Below, in pieces: positions 1-11,871 of a stretch of DNA of 64,000 nt. The DNA comes from Epiperipatus broadwayi (taxonomy: Eukaryota > Animalia > Onychophora). The notes below the pieces were generated by a model that saw only the letters and a program-made list of their open reading frames with translations, was not told where the DNA came from and did not search any database. The stretch spans positions 6,448,001 to 6,512,000 of the forward strand of contig JAQFVV010000010.1 in assembly GCA_028023455.1 (NCBI GenBank), read 5' to 3'. Both the position numbers and the translations under genes were made by a program. How positions within the stretch are numbered: position 1 is the stretch's first letter; every line of letters begins with the position of its first letter.

Positions 1-193
1 TCTAAGATTAATTTAAAGTGGATTTTAAAAAAATTTAAAAAATGGTTTTGGAATAATTATGCTGAATTTGTCCAAGTGTTATTGTGACCATCACCACTAG
101 TGTTTTGTTATACTTAATATAAACCATTACAATTTTGATGTTGCAATCATTGTGTATATATTGTTATACTTGGCACAACATATGGTTTGAATA

Positions 194-294
194 GTCAAGC
201 CATTGGTGGCCTAGTGGTTAGCATAGCTGCCTTCCAAGCAGCTGGCTCGGGTTCACTTCCCAGTCAACACATTTGATATATGAAAAAAAACCAA
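194..294 (+). mobile_element. tRNA-Gly(TCC)-derived short SINE, copy 1
   Basis: GTCAAG leader, tRNA-Gly-like body, TTTGATATATG(A)n tail; 17-bp TSD aacatatgg(t/c)ttgaata at 177-193 and 295-311. Confidence 0.85.
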
Positions 295-772
295 AACATA
301 TGGCTTGAATATTCCCTCACTACTGTTCAACTCCACATATGGTATCAAATGTTAGAGCATCAATAAATTAAGAACATAATAAGAGATAAAGTTAATTGTG
401 GCATGCAGTATGTGTGTCCAAATTGACTTACAATATTTGGAATGGGAGATCGGCAAGAGTAGAATATGTATACTAACATTTTAATACAGGCATAGGTCGA
501 GTCCATGTAGGTAGGAGAAAATTGATTAAAAAATTAAATAAAAAATAATACATGCAGATCTATCACATTACACTGGAGAGATGAAAAAGATTAAGATTGG
601 TGTGCTTATCTTCTACTTTACAATTCAAAAACTTTCAAATATTTTCTCTGAACTTTTATAATATTGATGTTATCAACCTCATTGTGAAATAGTATATTCA
701 AGTTTTATTTTTTATTAAAATCTTTATATTTCAACAAATTATTTTTAAGCTTTATTTTTATATATGTATATG

Positions 773-1142
773 TAATACAGAGAGCGTACCAATAGCTTAA
801 ACAAGCTCTTAATTGATAAGTGTGGTAATAGAAAATATTTAAAATATCTATCCGAAATATTATCTCCAGACCAATTGGTTTCGAGCTTATGGCTCACCTC
901 AGTGAGGAGCTAGAATATTCAGAGTTTCTACTTAAATATTACATATAAAATAAGTGCTGGGTTTTGAGTTGATATTTTATATCTAGTGTCTGAATATTCT
1001 AGCTCCTCACTGAGGTGAGCCATAAACTCGAAACCAGTTGGTCTGGGGATAAGAGTATTTCGGATAGAGATTTTAAATATTTTCTATTACCAAACTTATC
1101 AATTAAGAGCTTGTTTGAGCTATTGGTATGCTCTCTGTATTA
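773..1142. mobile_element. Palindromic PLE-derived mini-element with a hammerhead-like motif in each arm
   Basis: Inverted arms 773-923 and 989-1142. Left arm (minus) reads CTGAGGT-GAGC/GCTC-GAAA-CCAATTGG-TC-TGGAGA. A9 is U in both arms. Confidence 0.8.
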
Positions 1143-1535
1143 AATTTTTGTAAACACAAGCTTATAAAAGCAATGTCACATTATTATATGACTTGCTTTA
1201 TTGATAATATGTATATGTCAAAGTTACTTTATCTCCAATATGTTTATTTCAACTAATGCAAAAAAGCTAAACATCATTTCATTTGACTGATGGTTTAAAC
1301 AATGTTGAAGTAATAAGACTGAATTCAGTTCTATAAGATATTCTGACATCAATATACTCTAGATTATAGTGAAGGTGAAACTGAATATAAAAAGGATATT
1401 TATTAAGTTTCCTTATCCCTTGTAGTATGAAAAAATTTAGTTTTTAAGCTAATGTTATATACACGTGTGTGTGCATGTATATTAAAAAGTTTTTGAATAT
1501 TAAATTTATTGCTATAATTATCTTTTACTTTTTAG

Positions 1536-1607
1536 GAAAACAGCAAAAAGAAGTACATTTTGAATATTAAGATAATTCCCTTAGGAGAGTATTGTTCTAG
1601 CAAAGTG
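1536..1607 (+). CDS. Putative internal exon of an unidentified gene (ENSKKKYILNIKIIPLGEYCSSKV)
   Basis: Polypyrimidine tract and tttag acceptor (AG 1534-1535), 72-nt stop-free phase-0 exon, consensus GTAAGT donor at 1608. Joins in frame to 4368-4463. Protein not recognised. Confidence 0.6.
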
Positions 1608-1738
1608 GTAAGTTTAATTTCAAATAAATAATTCTTAATAAAATATCATATGATTCCATTTTAAAATATTTAAACAATAAATGCCAATCATGCTTATCTA
1701 ACTTACACCACAATTTTATCCATCAAGTTGACATATTC

Positions 1739-1833
1739 GTCAAGAGTTGGTGGTCGAGTGGTTAGCACAGCTGCCTTACAAGCAGTTGTCCCGGGATTCG
1801 CTTCCCTGCCGACCTTTGACACATAAAAAAATA
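1739..1833 (+). mobile_element. tRNA-Gly-derived short SINE, copy 2
   Basis: Same leader, body and tail; 13-bp TSD aagttga(c/t)atatt at 1725-1737 and 1834-1846. Confidence 0.8.
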
Positions 1834-3520
1834 AAGTTGATATATTTTGTTGAGAGGCAATACCATCAATAATATACATAAAACTTGGCAGGAATTGAAA
1901 AATAAAAATATAAAAAGTTAAAATAATGCTTGAAAAATATTGTACTAGTAAAATAGATAAATACTATTTCATTCAGCACATTATTTATTTTAAAGTTATT
2001 ACACTCATATTTATATTACTTTAAATTTTCTTCCAAAATGTAAGCTTGTGGTTAAGACCTGTAGAGGTTCCTATTATTGCATTTTTACGTGTATATTCTT
2101 GAGGTTACAGCCTTAGTAAATATTATTTAATGTAAAATAGAATATTTATTCCAGGAGAAGTATTTATAGATTTATGTTTATTGTCACTTTTTGTTCTTCA
2201 TATATACATGACATGTGGCTACCTACTATATTTTTACCTTGGACTTGATCTTAGGAAGAAATTTCTAAACTAGGGCTCAGAAATAAAAGATCTTATTATC
2301 AGAATAAGGAAAATATAGGCATTTAGCATTTATTTTGATTCACATTATTGCAAATTGTTACGACTATAATGAAGCAAATGAAATAAAGGATATACGTTAG
2401 TGTTTTTAATTTTTAAGAAAAGCATAGTAGAGTTTAGGAGTATAGTTATGATAAAGAAACTACAGCTGTATCTGTATTATCTCAGAGCTGATTTAATCTA
2501 AAATGTATCATTATTGACAAAGTAATGATGAAATAGTTTGTTATTTTATGAGGATGTTAAAATTTTTTAGGGAAATAATAGAGAGTAGCAATGGATAGTA
2601 ATGTATAATAGCTAGTAGGTTTGTAAAGTGATATAAAAACCAAGTGTAGAATATAATATGAATGAAGAAATAAAGACCAATAAATTAATGAGGACTGGGA
2701 TATAGTATAAAAAAATAATCCTGTTGTCAATTTTGCTCAAAATATATGATAAATTGAGGGGAAAATTTGGGATCATAAATAATGTTAATTACTAATGTTT
2801 ACAGATTTCTCCACTAAAACAACATATAAAATACACACAATTTAAACATTTTGTGCATCTTATAATAATCATCTTATTCTGTTATAATTAATCTTCAATA
2901 CAAGATGCTATGATAATCTTTGAGAAAAGTAGTTAAAAAACAATACAAGTTTCAATTGATAAAACTATTTGCTAATTCGTGACAATCTTTTTACCAAAAA
3001 ATTTTAAGAGTTATGAAACCTGCTTTCAAAATGAGTGCTAAACATATGTCATTAAGCATAAAATTCATCTTGCATGAAAATAGTATTCAGTGTTAATTTG
3101 TCAAGTATTATTTTTATTAAAAATTTTCAAGGAATATTAATATTAAAAATAAATTGTATAGTCAACTGCTTGGCATAAATCAAGCACTAAAGTGATGGAT
3201 TGAACTTGACAATTCCATTCAATTGATGAAACTGAGATTTTTTTTTAAATTAGCTCAATTGAAATTGATACAAAAATCTCTAGATCTCATATCCATTACT
3301 ATCATCCTTAAGTCAAATGCTTAGCATAATGTAGGGATGAGAGCAAATTATTCAAAAGCTAAAAGTTTGTTTCATTAGACAATTTACTGCTGAGAAAACT
3401 ATTTTTAAAATCTATTTAGCAAAATAAACAAAATTATATCATATTAGTATTTGAATATTGATCTCTGACGTAATTAACTATATATATATACTTTAAAAGT
3501 GAAACAGTAAATAGAGTAAA

Positions 3521-3953
3521 AAACAATGAGGATTGCCAATTCCTCAACAAGCTTTGTGTTAAATGCTTAGCCAGAGAAAGCATTTAAAATATCTCTGTCA
3601 GGAACCCCTTCCCAAACCCCTGACCATGGTTTCGTGCTTTGGCACTCCTCAGAGAGGTGTCAGGGTAGGTTCAGACACTAGATCTAAAAATACCAACCCA
3701 AAGCCAGCATTTAACTAAAAGTTATCTATTGAGTGGAAAATCTAATTTTCAGACACCACGTCTTCAAACTCAGCTATCCAACTCAAATAGCTATCTAGTG
3801 TCTGAATCTACTCTGACACCTCTGAGGAGTGCCAAAGCATGAAACCATGGTCAGAGGTTTGGGGAGGGGTTCCTGACAGAGATATTTTAAATGCTTTCTC
3901 TGGCTAAGCATTTAACACAAAGCTTGTTGAGGAATTGGCAATCCTCATTGTTT
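3521..3953. mobile_element. Palindromic PLE-derived mini-element
   Basis: Near-identical inverted arms 3521-3683 and 3793-3953; shares atctagtgtctgaa and adjacent spacer sequence with the 773-1142 element. Confidence 0.85.
3616..3658 (-). ncRNA. Minimal type I hammerhead ribozyme, canonical core
   Basis: Stem I ACCUCU/AGGGGU; core CUGAGGA; stem II GUGC-CAAA-GCAC; GAAA; palindromic stem III ACCAUGGU; GUC cleavage triplet (cut between 3622 and 3621). Confidence 0.8.
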
Positions 3954-4367
3954 ATAACTTACAAGCTTAAGAGAATAGGGTCATGTGACCTATGACTCTT
4001 ATTTTGACTATTTACAGTAAATAGAGTATTTTTAAAAAACATAAACTATGTTCAAAATTTGAATTCAAAAAGACTGGAAAAGCAAGTTGTTTTTCTTTTT
4101 ATTGAATTTGCAAAGTATTTCCTAGTTTAGCATCTTAAAGTATGTTTAGATATCTAGTCAATAATATTTGATGAGACTTGGCATGAATCGTTTGAAGCAG
4201 CGGAAGGGTGGCAGGTTCTGGAACTCAAGGTCCACGAATCACAACCCAGCGATTACTTCTGCTGCTCAAACTTTTTATGAACTCGAGCCAAAAACCATTC
4301 CATTATTATTATCAGTTATTGCCTTAAGGTCTGTTATTAAAAAAAATTTTTTTTTCTTTATTTTCAG

Positions 4368-4463
4368 TTAATGGATCCAGAACTATGCAAAGTGACAGTT
4401 GTTAGAGATTATTATGGCTTGCAAGATTTAGAATCATTTAATTGTTTTGCTGTTAAAGATTAA
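4368..4463 (+). CDS. Putative terminal coding exon of the same gene (LMDPELCKVTVVRDYYGLQDLESFNCFAVKD*)
   Basis: Long T-tract and ttttcag acceptor (AG 4366-4367), 31 codons to TAA at 4461-4463, phase-compatible with 1536-1607. Confidence 0.55.
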   Translation, partial: LMDPELCKVTVVRDYYGLQDLESFNCFAVKD

Positions 4464-4681
4464 TATAAGAAAGAAAAAAAACCCCACCGAGTTCTTCCTT
4501 ATAAAAATATGGCACATTTTTATTTCTTATATCAGAATTTTAATTATTTTATTTCTCAGGTTTATCCCACTCCCTGTAAAATTTTATATAAAATATAATA
4601 ATTCTTTCCTAATATATTTGTTAAATTAAATATTTTTATGGAGTAATTATGATTTAATCAAAGGAATAAGAGATTATGTCT

Positions 4682-4843
4682 ATGTAATTACTAGAGAAAT
4701 ATATTAGCAGTGGTATTTCTAGATAACTATCCATTGCTATTATTAGCTTTTTAATAGAACACAATCACTTTATTGTGAACTATCGTAGTAATTGGTAATT
4801 ACCCAGCAACACTACGGTTACTACATTTCTCTAGTAATTACAT
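4682..4843. repeat. Small inverted-repeat element (MITE-like)
   Basis: Perfect 19-bp inverted repeat atgtaattactagagaaat at 4682-4700 and 4825-4843; no TSD seen. Confidence 0.45.
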
Positions 4844-5326
4844 GGAAATAACCCCACTTATTCCTTTACTTACATCGTATATATAAAATCCCACCACAAT
4901 CATCTATTATTTTTTATGTAGATATTAATTACTATATTAAAATATGCAATCATTTTTAATCTCTAGGATGGACTACAATAGTAAAAACACTGCATTTTCA
5001 TATTGATTTTATAACAGTAATCAAAATTACTTATAAAAAGTTATGTCTGTATGTAATTTGCATTAAAAATAAGGAGTTTAACAAAGTTGTAGCTCCATTT
5101 TATACTTATTTTGAAGCTGAGTTATCACTAATGTATTTATTAAATATTTATTTAATGCTTTATATTTTTGTATGCTACAATGAGCAATAAAATATTTTGA
5201 AATTATTTATTGTTGTTAAAAATTTGGGGAGTGGGTAATAATTGGTGTACATTAGTGAATGTTATCATGTGAAACAGATGATCATTGATATGTTGTATTT
5301 ATTGGTAGTAGAAATGAAGATTACAA

Positions 5327-5439
5327 GTCGAGCGTTGGTAGACGAGAGGTCAGCGCAGCTAGCTGCCTTGCAAGCAGTTGCTTGAGACAATTGTTACGGG
5401 TTCGCTTCCCAGTCGATGCTTTGACATATGGGAGAAAAA
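5327..5439 (+). mobile_element. tRNA-Gly-derived short SINE, copy 3 (internal insertions)
   Basis: GTCGAGCGTTGG start, TTTGACATATG and A tail; 15-bp TSD aaatgaaga(t/c)tacaa at 5312-5326 and 5440-5454. Confidence 0.8.
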
Positions 5440-5689
5440 AAATGAAGACTACAAAATAAACTAAGAAAAAATCATTAATGTTGACTACAAATAATCCATA
5501 TCAGGCAAATGACTTCAATATTTACTGAAGATCTATTGTAAGATTTTCTTTTCCGTAAAAATTGGTCTATTTTTTCCACATTTCCTTATTTAGTATCTCT
5601 TAATATTCAGTCAAAAATTAGTCTATTTGTTATACACTCTTTTTTTTTTTATATTTGCCCAGAAACTCTTCATTAAAATTTTGTAATCT

Positions 5690-6190
5690 TTATGATAGAA
5701 AACTAGCTGGTACTATTTGGGGTTGTGATGCAAATATTTTAAGAACAATTTTCTTAGCACTGGCATATTCGGTTGATGAATACTGCGTCCTTATTTGAAG
5801 AAAAACAGTTCCAACACCAAATTTCTGGATACTTAATTAAATATTACAATGAGAAATATTACTGGTACAAATTTCTACCCTTCTGCAGTGGCTTCCTATT
5901 CTTTCATATATTCCTCACCAGATATCAGAAATTGCTACATGAAAATGTATAAAAAGCTATTAAGTAGAACAAATTTGTCAATATTTCAAGATATATTTTT
6001 ACCAACTAAGATTTGTCTAACTTAATATCCCCTTTTTGGATATTCAAACAAGAATCTACAATCAAAGAATTATAGAGTAAAAAATAGAATTCCAAACAAA
6101 TTTCTTTTTCCAGATCCACAAAACCAGCTCGATTTGATCTTCCTAAATGCTACTAGAGATTAGTCAATAGATTCAGGACATGATTGGTGT
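5690..6190 (+). pseudogene. Decayed non-LTR retrotransposon RT C-terminal fragment
   Basis: Translates with stops and shifts as LAGTIWGCDANILRTIFLALAYSVDEYC...QWLPILS, the LAGTTWGA..LRT.ALAL.YS.AEYC pattern of invertebrate LINEs. Confidence 0.6.
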
Positions 6191-6734
6191 GTTTATCTGC
6201 ATCATAAATAAAATTTATTATCCATTAATTAAGCTATGTAAATTTGGGCAGTAATTTATGGTCAGTGTGCTCATCTACATTATAAATGAAATTTATCACT
6301 CACTAATCTATGTAAATGTGGACAAACATAAATTATGAATCATATAGTTATTGGTGAATCTATTTCTTGATTGGAATCTTTGCAGATTCTTTTATATTTG
6401 TTAATAGTTAAACTGTCATAAAATCTATATACCAAATTCAAAGTCTTTATAATAATATTAATGATAAAGTTTGCACTTAGAATCCATAGATTTTTATCTC
6501 TCATTGTTATTTTCAACATACTTTTTTCCAAATGAAAATTAAATTAGCAATATTCGCTCTCACCAACAATTCTGCCTAATAGGATAGTGGTGGCTATGGT
6601 TATTAAAGAACCAAAGACACCAAAATGTATGGGTACTGAACTGAGTTCAGATCTATATTACTATATAAGCTAATGACCTTGGATTGAAAATATAGTGTTT
6701 TCAATTTAAGACTCATCATAGTTTTCTAGTTAAG

Positions 6735-6965
6735 TAGAGCTAAAAGGTGGCTGCTGGAGGGTTGCATTAGATCCTAAGATCTAGGTGCAGTGCTCTCAGA
6801 TCCAAGGCTCTTCACTGATGAAGGCCACAAGCCAGAAACTAGTCTGGGGATATTGGACGAATAGGCAGTAGATGGGGATTTTATGCACAAGCCTTCTGGC
6901 ATCCATTGATTACTTTAGCTTGCACTGAATGGCACTACTGTATGGAGAGTTTTGCCTGTTTTATT
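6735..6965 (+). mobile_element. PLE tail fragment with a type I hammerhead-like motif (6801-6858)
   Basis: TCCAA-GGC-TCTTCA / CTGATGA / A-GGC-CACAA-GCC-A / GAAA-C-TA-G-TC / TGGGGA-TA-TTGGA. Same family as 40845-40955 and 44306-44666. Confidence 0.7.
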
Positions 6966-7669
6966 AAACGTGTTGTTAATTTCTTATGAAATCAAGTAAT
7001 ATTCAGGAATCAAAATATTATATTACACCAGTTCTAATTCATTTTTACAGAGAAAATTATTTTCTTCTCACCCCCTCCCATTTCCCCCTGCCAAATATCA
7101 TTATAGAAACTTTTAGCTCCCTGGAAAGCTATTCTTATCCAACTAAGTCAATTGCTTAGAACAGAAAAAAAAAATCTTAAAACTTTTATTGACTTCATAT
7201 GGAAGAGATCTATATTTTTTACACCAATAATAAAGTATAACCGAATATTGAAGACAATTTTAAAAAAATTAAAAACCTACCAAACGATAATTTGGCACTC
7301 CTTTTAATGCAGATAAAATTTCCATCATCACCATATATTATTTGGCATGGATCAGATTTACTAAAGTTAATATTTTTTATTTAATTTTGAATAATTTAAT
7401 ATACATTTTGAAGTTTTTAAAAAAAAGATAAGCACAGTAGAGTAAGTAAATTAATATGCTGACTGATGTATGTTTTTTTTTTTTTTATTAGTCTATCTTA
7501 TTGGGACTTCAAGAGAAAATTGTTCAAAAATCCTTTTTGAATGATTTATTATTATTAACATTAAAATCAAATGTAAGAGCAAAAAAAAAAGCAGAAATGA
7601 ACTTTAAACACTAACTTTTTAAAATATTTTTATACTACGGTATTTCTGAAAATGTTAACAAAAAGTAAA

Positions 7670-7766
7670 TGTTGGTGGCCGAGTGGTCAGCACAGCGGTC
7701 TTACAAGCAGTTGTTTGGGGTTCGCTTCCATGCCGATGCTTTGACACATGAAAAAAAAAAAAAAAA
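7670..7766 (+). mobile_element. tRNA-Gly-derived short SINE, copy 4
   Basis: Body plus TTTGACACATG(A)16; no clean TSD. Confidence 0.75.
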
Positions 7767-8189
7767 GCTAGTAAAGACTATGCAAGAAAGTTTAAAAAAA
7801 TAAAATAAACTTTATTTTCTATATATTATTAAAAAGAGGGCATGAATACTATCACAAGAAAGTAACAATAAAAAAAAAAACAATCACTAAATGTACAGAT
7901 ATAAAAATAAAATTTTAACATAAGCAGAACATATCCAATGTACATATTAAATTAATAGAAATTATTATTATTCAATATTTACGTTTAACATAGTTTAAGT
8001 TTTTAGCTGCCTATGATAAATTCATTAATACATAAAAGTTGAAGAACCTTAGGAAAAAAATCACCAATGTTTAAATTGTTATCAAAATAAAGAATAACAA
8101 AATCAGTTCTAATAAATGATTTCAATTTTTTTCTTATGTTCACTCAATAAAATTCTTATTTTGCAGCTTGGCATTTAATAATGTTGATT

Positions 8190-8520
8190 CACCATCAATA
8201 TTAATTATTTGCAAAAAAAGGAGGTTCTGCATATCAATTAATAATCTTCAAATTCTTCTCATAATTATTCCCTTCTTTTAGATCATCAATCAACTTCTTT
8301 CTCTTATTATCCACACAATCTTTCAACATATCTTTTATAATTTCTCTATCTCTAAAAATATGCATCCAGTTCCTTTCTTCTTTCACTTCATAATTTCATT
8401 AATAAATAATATCTCAAAACTCTCTTCAATATTGCAAATGCTATCTTTATATTTTTTGCTAAATCCAAACATAATCTTCTCTTGTTTCTTAATGTTCAAA
8501 TTTCATACAGTCCAAACATA
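8190..8520 (-). pseudogene. RTE-like LINE 3' fragment
   Basis: Minus frame RNWMHIFRDREIIKDMLKDCVDNKRKKLIDDLKEGNNYEK resembles the RTE C-terminal W.GH..R...K..LEG...R...DD.K region. Confidence 0.45.
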
Positions 8521-8854
8521 ATGTTTAACAAATCTTAATTTTAATGGTTGATAAAATAAAATAAAAAAACCCTTTTATTAAAAGTCTGTGTAGGTAATGC
8601 AGTCTTTATTCTTATATCTTTCCTAAATCTTTTCATCATCAAATAACTAATCTAAATATTCAAAAGTAGTAATTTAAGATTGTTGGATAAATATTTCTTA
8701 TGGTTTACAAAAAAAAAAAAAACTTTCCTAAAATTTACAAGTTGAATGGATCAGTATAAAATAAAATACACCAAAGTGATGTTGAAATATCTTTGTGCAG
8801 ATTTGGGAATTAAAATAAAGGCCATGGAAAATTGTAAGCACCATATTAATATGA

Positions 8855-8941
8855 CTAGGAAACAATAAAATGTTCACTGACAGGCATGCTAATGATGGCT
8901 GTGATAATTGGTATGGAATTGCCTTGATGTAGAACAAAAAC
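8855..8941 (-). CDS. BBS1: BBS1 terminal coding exon (VFVLHQGNSIPIITAIISMPVSEHFIVS*)
   Basis: tttag acceptor, TAG stop at 8857-8855; matches the BBS1 C-terminus [23 protein letters not shown]. Candidate minus-strand AATAAA signals near 8575 and 8605. Confidence 0.92.
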   Translation of the reverse strand, partial: VFVLHQGNSIPIITAIISMPVSEHFIVS

Positions 8942-9075
8942 CTAAAAAATAAAAAAAAAGATTTTAGTTAAATTTTTTCTTAAATATATTAAAAGTATCA
9001 ATAATGTTTCTAGATAAACAAATCCACTAATTTCAACGGATTATCAGTTTTCTTCAGTAAGAATTGACAAATATA

Positions 9076-9167
9076 GTCAAGCGTTGGTGGCCTAGCGGTT
9101 AGCATAGCTGTCTTCCAAGTAGCTGGCCTGGGTTCGCTTCCCGGTCAACGCGTTTGACACATGAAAA
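9076..9167 (+). mobile_element. tRNA-Gly(TCC)-derived short SINE, copy 5
   Basis: Most tRNA-like copy (acceptor stem GCGTTGG/TCAACGC) but T-loop is TTCGCTT; 17-bp TSD aagaatt(g/a)acaaatata at 9059-9075 and 9168-9184. Confidence 0.85.
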
Positions 9168-9816
9168 AAGAATTAACAAATATATTTAATAACATATTTA
9201 TACGTTTTATTTCTAAAACTACATATCTTTGTGTGTGTGTATATAAATATAAACATTTAAAATTTTGGCTGTGAAGAAGACTACTAATACATCAAAATTT
9301 GAGAAGAAAGATTAAAAATAAGCAGTAAAAAAATAATGTATATGGTTGGTGAATTTATTGAAACAATAATAATTATCCTATAAAACAAGTGTTTTAGTTT
9401 ATAAACTATGCTATAGACAATATTTAATAAATTAAGCTGTGTATATTTATTCAAAAATAAAATACCCCCAGAAAAAATAAATCACAAGCTGGTTTTTACA
9501 TAATACTAATTCTATGATTAAACATAGGATTGCATTTTTTTTTTTCAGTTATTGGAAATAAAAAAATAACAAAGAAATAGCAAATTAAACTTATAAAATT
9601 AATATTATTATAAAAAAACAAATTTGTTGTTAGCTGTCTAACTTTCATAATTTTTTTTACAAGAAAAATATCGGATTTTTTGGACTTTCTGTTTTTGATA
9701 AATTTCAATCTCTAATACAATGGTCTTTTGACACAGGTAAACCTCCTCAAGAATAAAAGTTATTTTCACTCTTATTAAGAGCCATCTATAAGCTTGAATA
9801 ATCAATGGGCATCTGA

Positions 9817-10284
9817 TGCTATAAGATTCTATCTCCAGACCAATTGATTTCTAGCTTTTGCCTTCATCTACGAAGACTAAGACTCAAATCTACTTCTTTA
9901 TATTATTCATACTAATAATTTGAAATTTTACAATAACCCTCAAGGTTTCAAACCTAGGTTAACTCATTTGTATAACTATATAAGTTTGATGCTGGGTCAG
10001 TTTATGTATATAAAAGATTACATGGTATAGAAAGGATCTTCAGTTGTTACAGAACTGAGATCTCAAAAAATAGAAATTGACATAGTGTCAGATTTATATA
10101 ACTATGCAAATGAGTTAGCTATGGTTTGACACTTGAGAATTTTTAAATTTCAAGCTATTATTATAAAAGAGTAAAAGGTATCTGCTAAATGCAAAAGTGC
10201 ATTAGTTCCAGCTTTGAATCCCATTTTTACTGATAAAGGCAAAATCCAGAAACCAGTCAATATGGAGATGGTCATTTTATAGCA
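9817..10284. mobile_element. Old palindromic element with degenerate hammerhead motifs
   Basis: Diverged inverted arms; the left arm atctccagaccaattgatttctagc resembles the 773-1142 motif. Confidence 0.55.
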
Positions 10285-11871
10285 CTACACCATCTAATAT
10301 TTATTGGTTGCTCAAGCTTATAGTAAGTAGATAGCTCTAGAGCAAGATGAGAATAATTGCACTTGAAAATCTATAAGGGAGGAGTCACATGATGATGGTG
10401 GTAGTAAAAAATAGGAGATAAATATCAATTTGATTAGATAATTATACTATAAATATTTTTGTTGTAAAATAATTTCAAGAATAAATAAAATATTGATAAC
10501 AATTTTTCCTACAATGCATTTATTAAGAATTCTTTAGTATCAATAATGTTTGTAATGAGTAAAAAAATAAAGTTAACAATTAATTCAGCAGTTATAAAAG
10601 TATGATGTCTCTAATATTAGGAATTATATAACAGTCATTTTCATTTTTACAGTCTATAAATTGATACTCATCTGACCAACTTCATTTAGCTTGCAATTAA
10701 TTCTGAATAATTAAATAGTCAATGATTGGCCACACGAGTAACAGAATTTGCTATGGATGTTCTATTTGAAAAAAAAAAACTAAACCCTGTTTGTATGTAA
10801 AAAAGAATTCATAGTGAGCAAAGCCTGCATTCAAATACCAGAGCACGGGAATGGCCTACAGATGTTCTAACAACCAGGCTTTTAAAGAATAGTAATATTT
10901 ATATCCATTTAATAAAATTCTGCATAAAAATGAAATCGTTTTTACCTATTGCTTTTTCACTAAACTTAACAAAATAACAGTAGTAATTATCAAATATTTT
11001 ATAGTAAAAGGGACACTTCTAATAATCAAAGCATTGTGGAAGTTACTTTAAAAGTAGTTAAACATAAACTTTTTTAAAAAAAGGATTTTGTTTAAAATAA
11101 CTGTCAACCAATTTTAATTTTGTGTTAGATTATATAATAAAAAAAAAGCAAAGTATTTAAAAAAAATTAACTTTTAATATTGCATATAATATATTATAAT
11201 GATTATAGTCTGGCCTAGTTTCAATGTAATCATATATTAACTCCTCAATCAATCAAACATAAATGAGATAAACCAAATATTCTCAAATAAAATGAATGAA
11301 AATTAATGTTAAAAAAAAATATCTTAAATGATGTCTTATATTCAGAATAATTTGAATTATATTTGGATTACTATATAATGTCCAACATATTTTTATTCAT
11401 AAAAAGATATTTGTAAAACTTCTGGGTACCTTATAGATAATATGCATAGCTGGAAAGAAGTCACTTATATTCCCTTCTCATTTAATATTGATCTAGGAGA
11501 GAATTATAAATAAATTATTTATAGTCTCCTATGCATCAGATAAAAGAAAAAAAGAGTGTATAAATAAACGATGTATAAAGATTCAATATAATTCAGATAT
11601 AATCTTGAAAAACTTTTCTGGTATAAAAATAAATCAAAATATATTTTGTAATTCTGCTTAATAACTTAAGGTTAAAATCTATCAAAAAACAATAACAGCT
11701 AATTAAAGATAATATTCAGGCTTGATTAAAATTCAATTCAATCAAATATGTAATTAAGGTATTTAAAGAATTTAAAAAAAAAAGATTATTGAAAAATCAT
11801 TTAGGAAAAAGAAAATATTAAAAATAAAACAATCTAAAGTTTTTGAGAAAGGTAGTCCTTGGAGCAAAGGC

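Noticed and set aside
9081-9152. Functional tRNA-Gly(TCC) gene
   Set aside because: The T-loop has lost the invariant A (TTCGCTT), the anticodon stem is weak, and it has a poly(A) tail, a 17-bp TSD and family-shared diagnostics, so it is a SINE copy.
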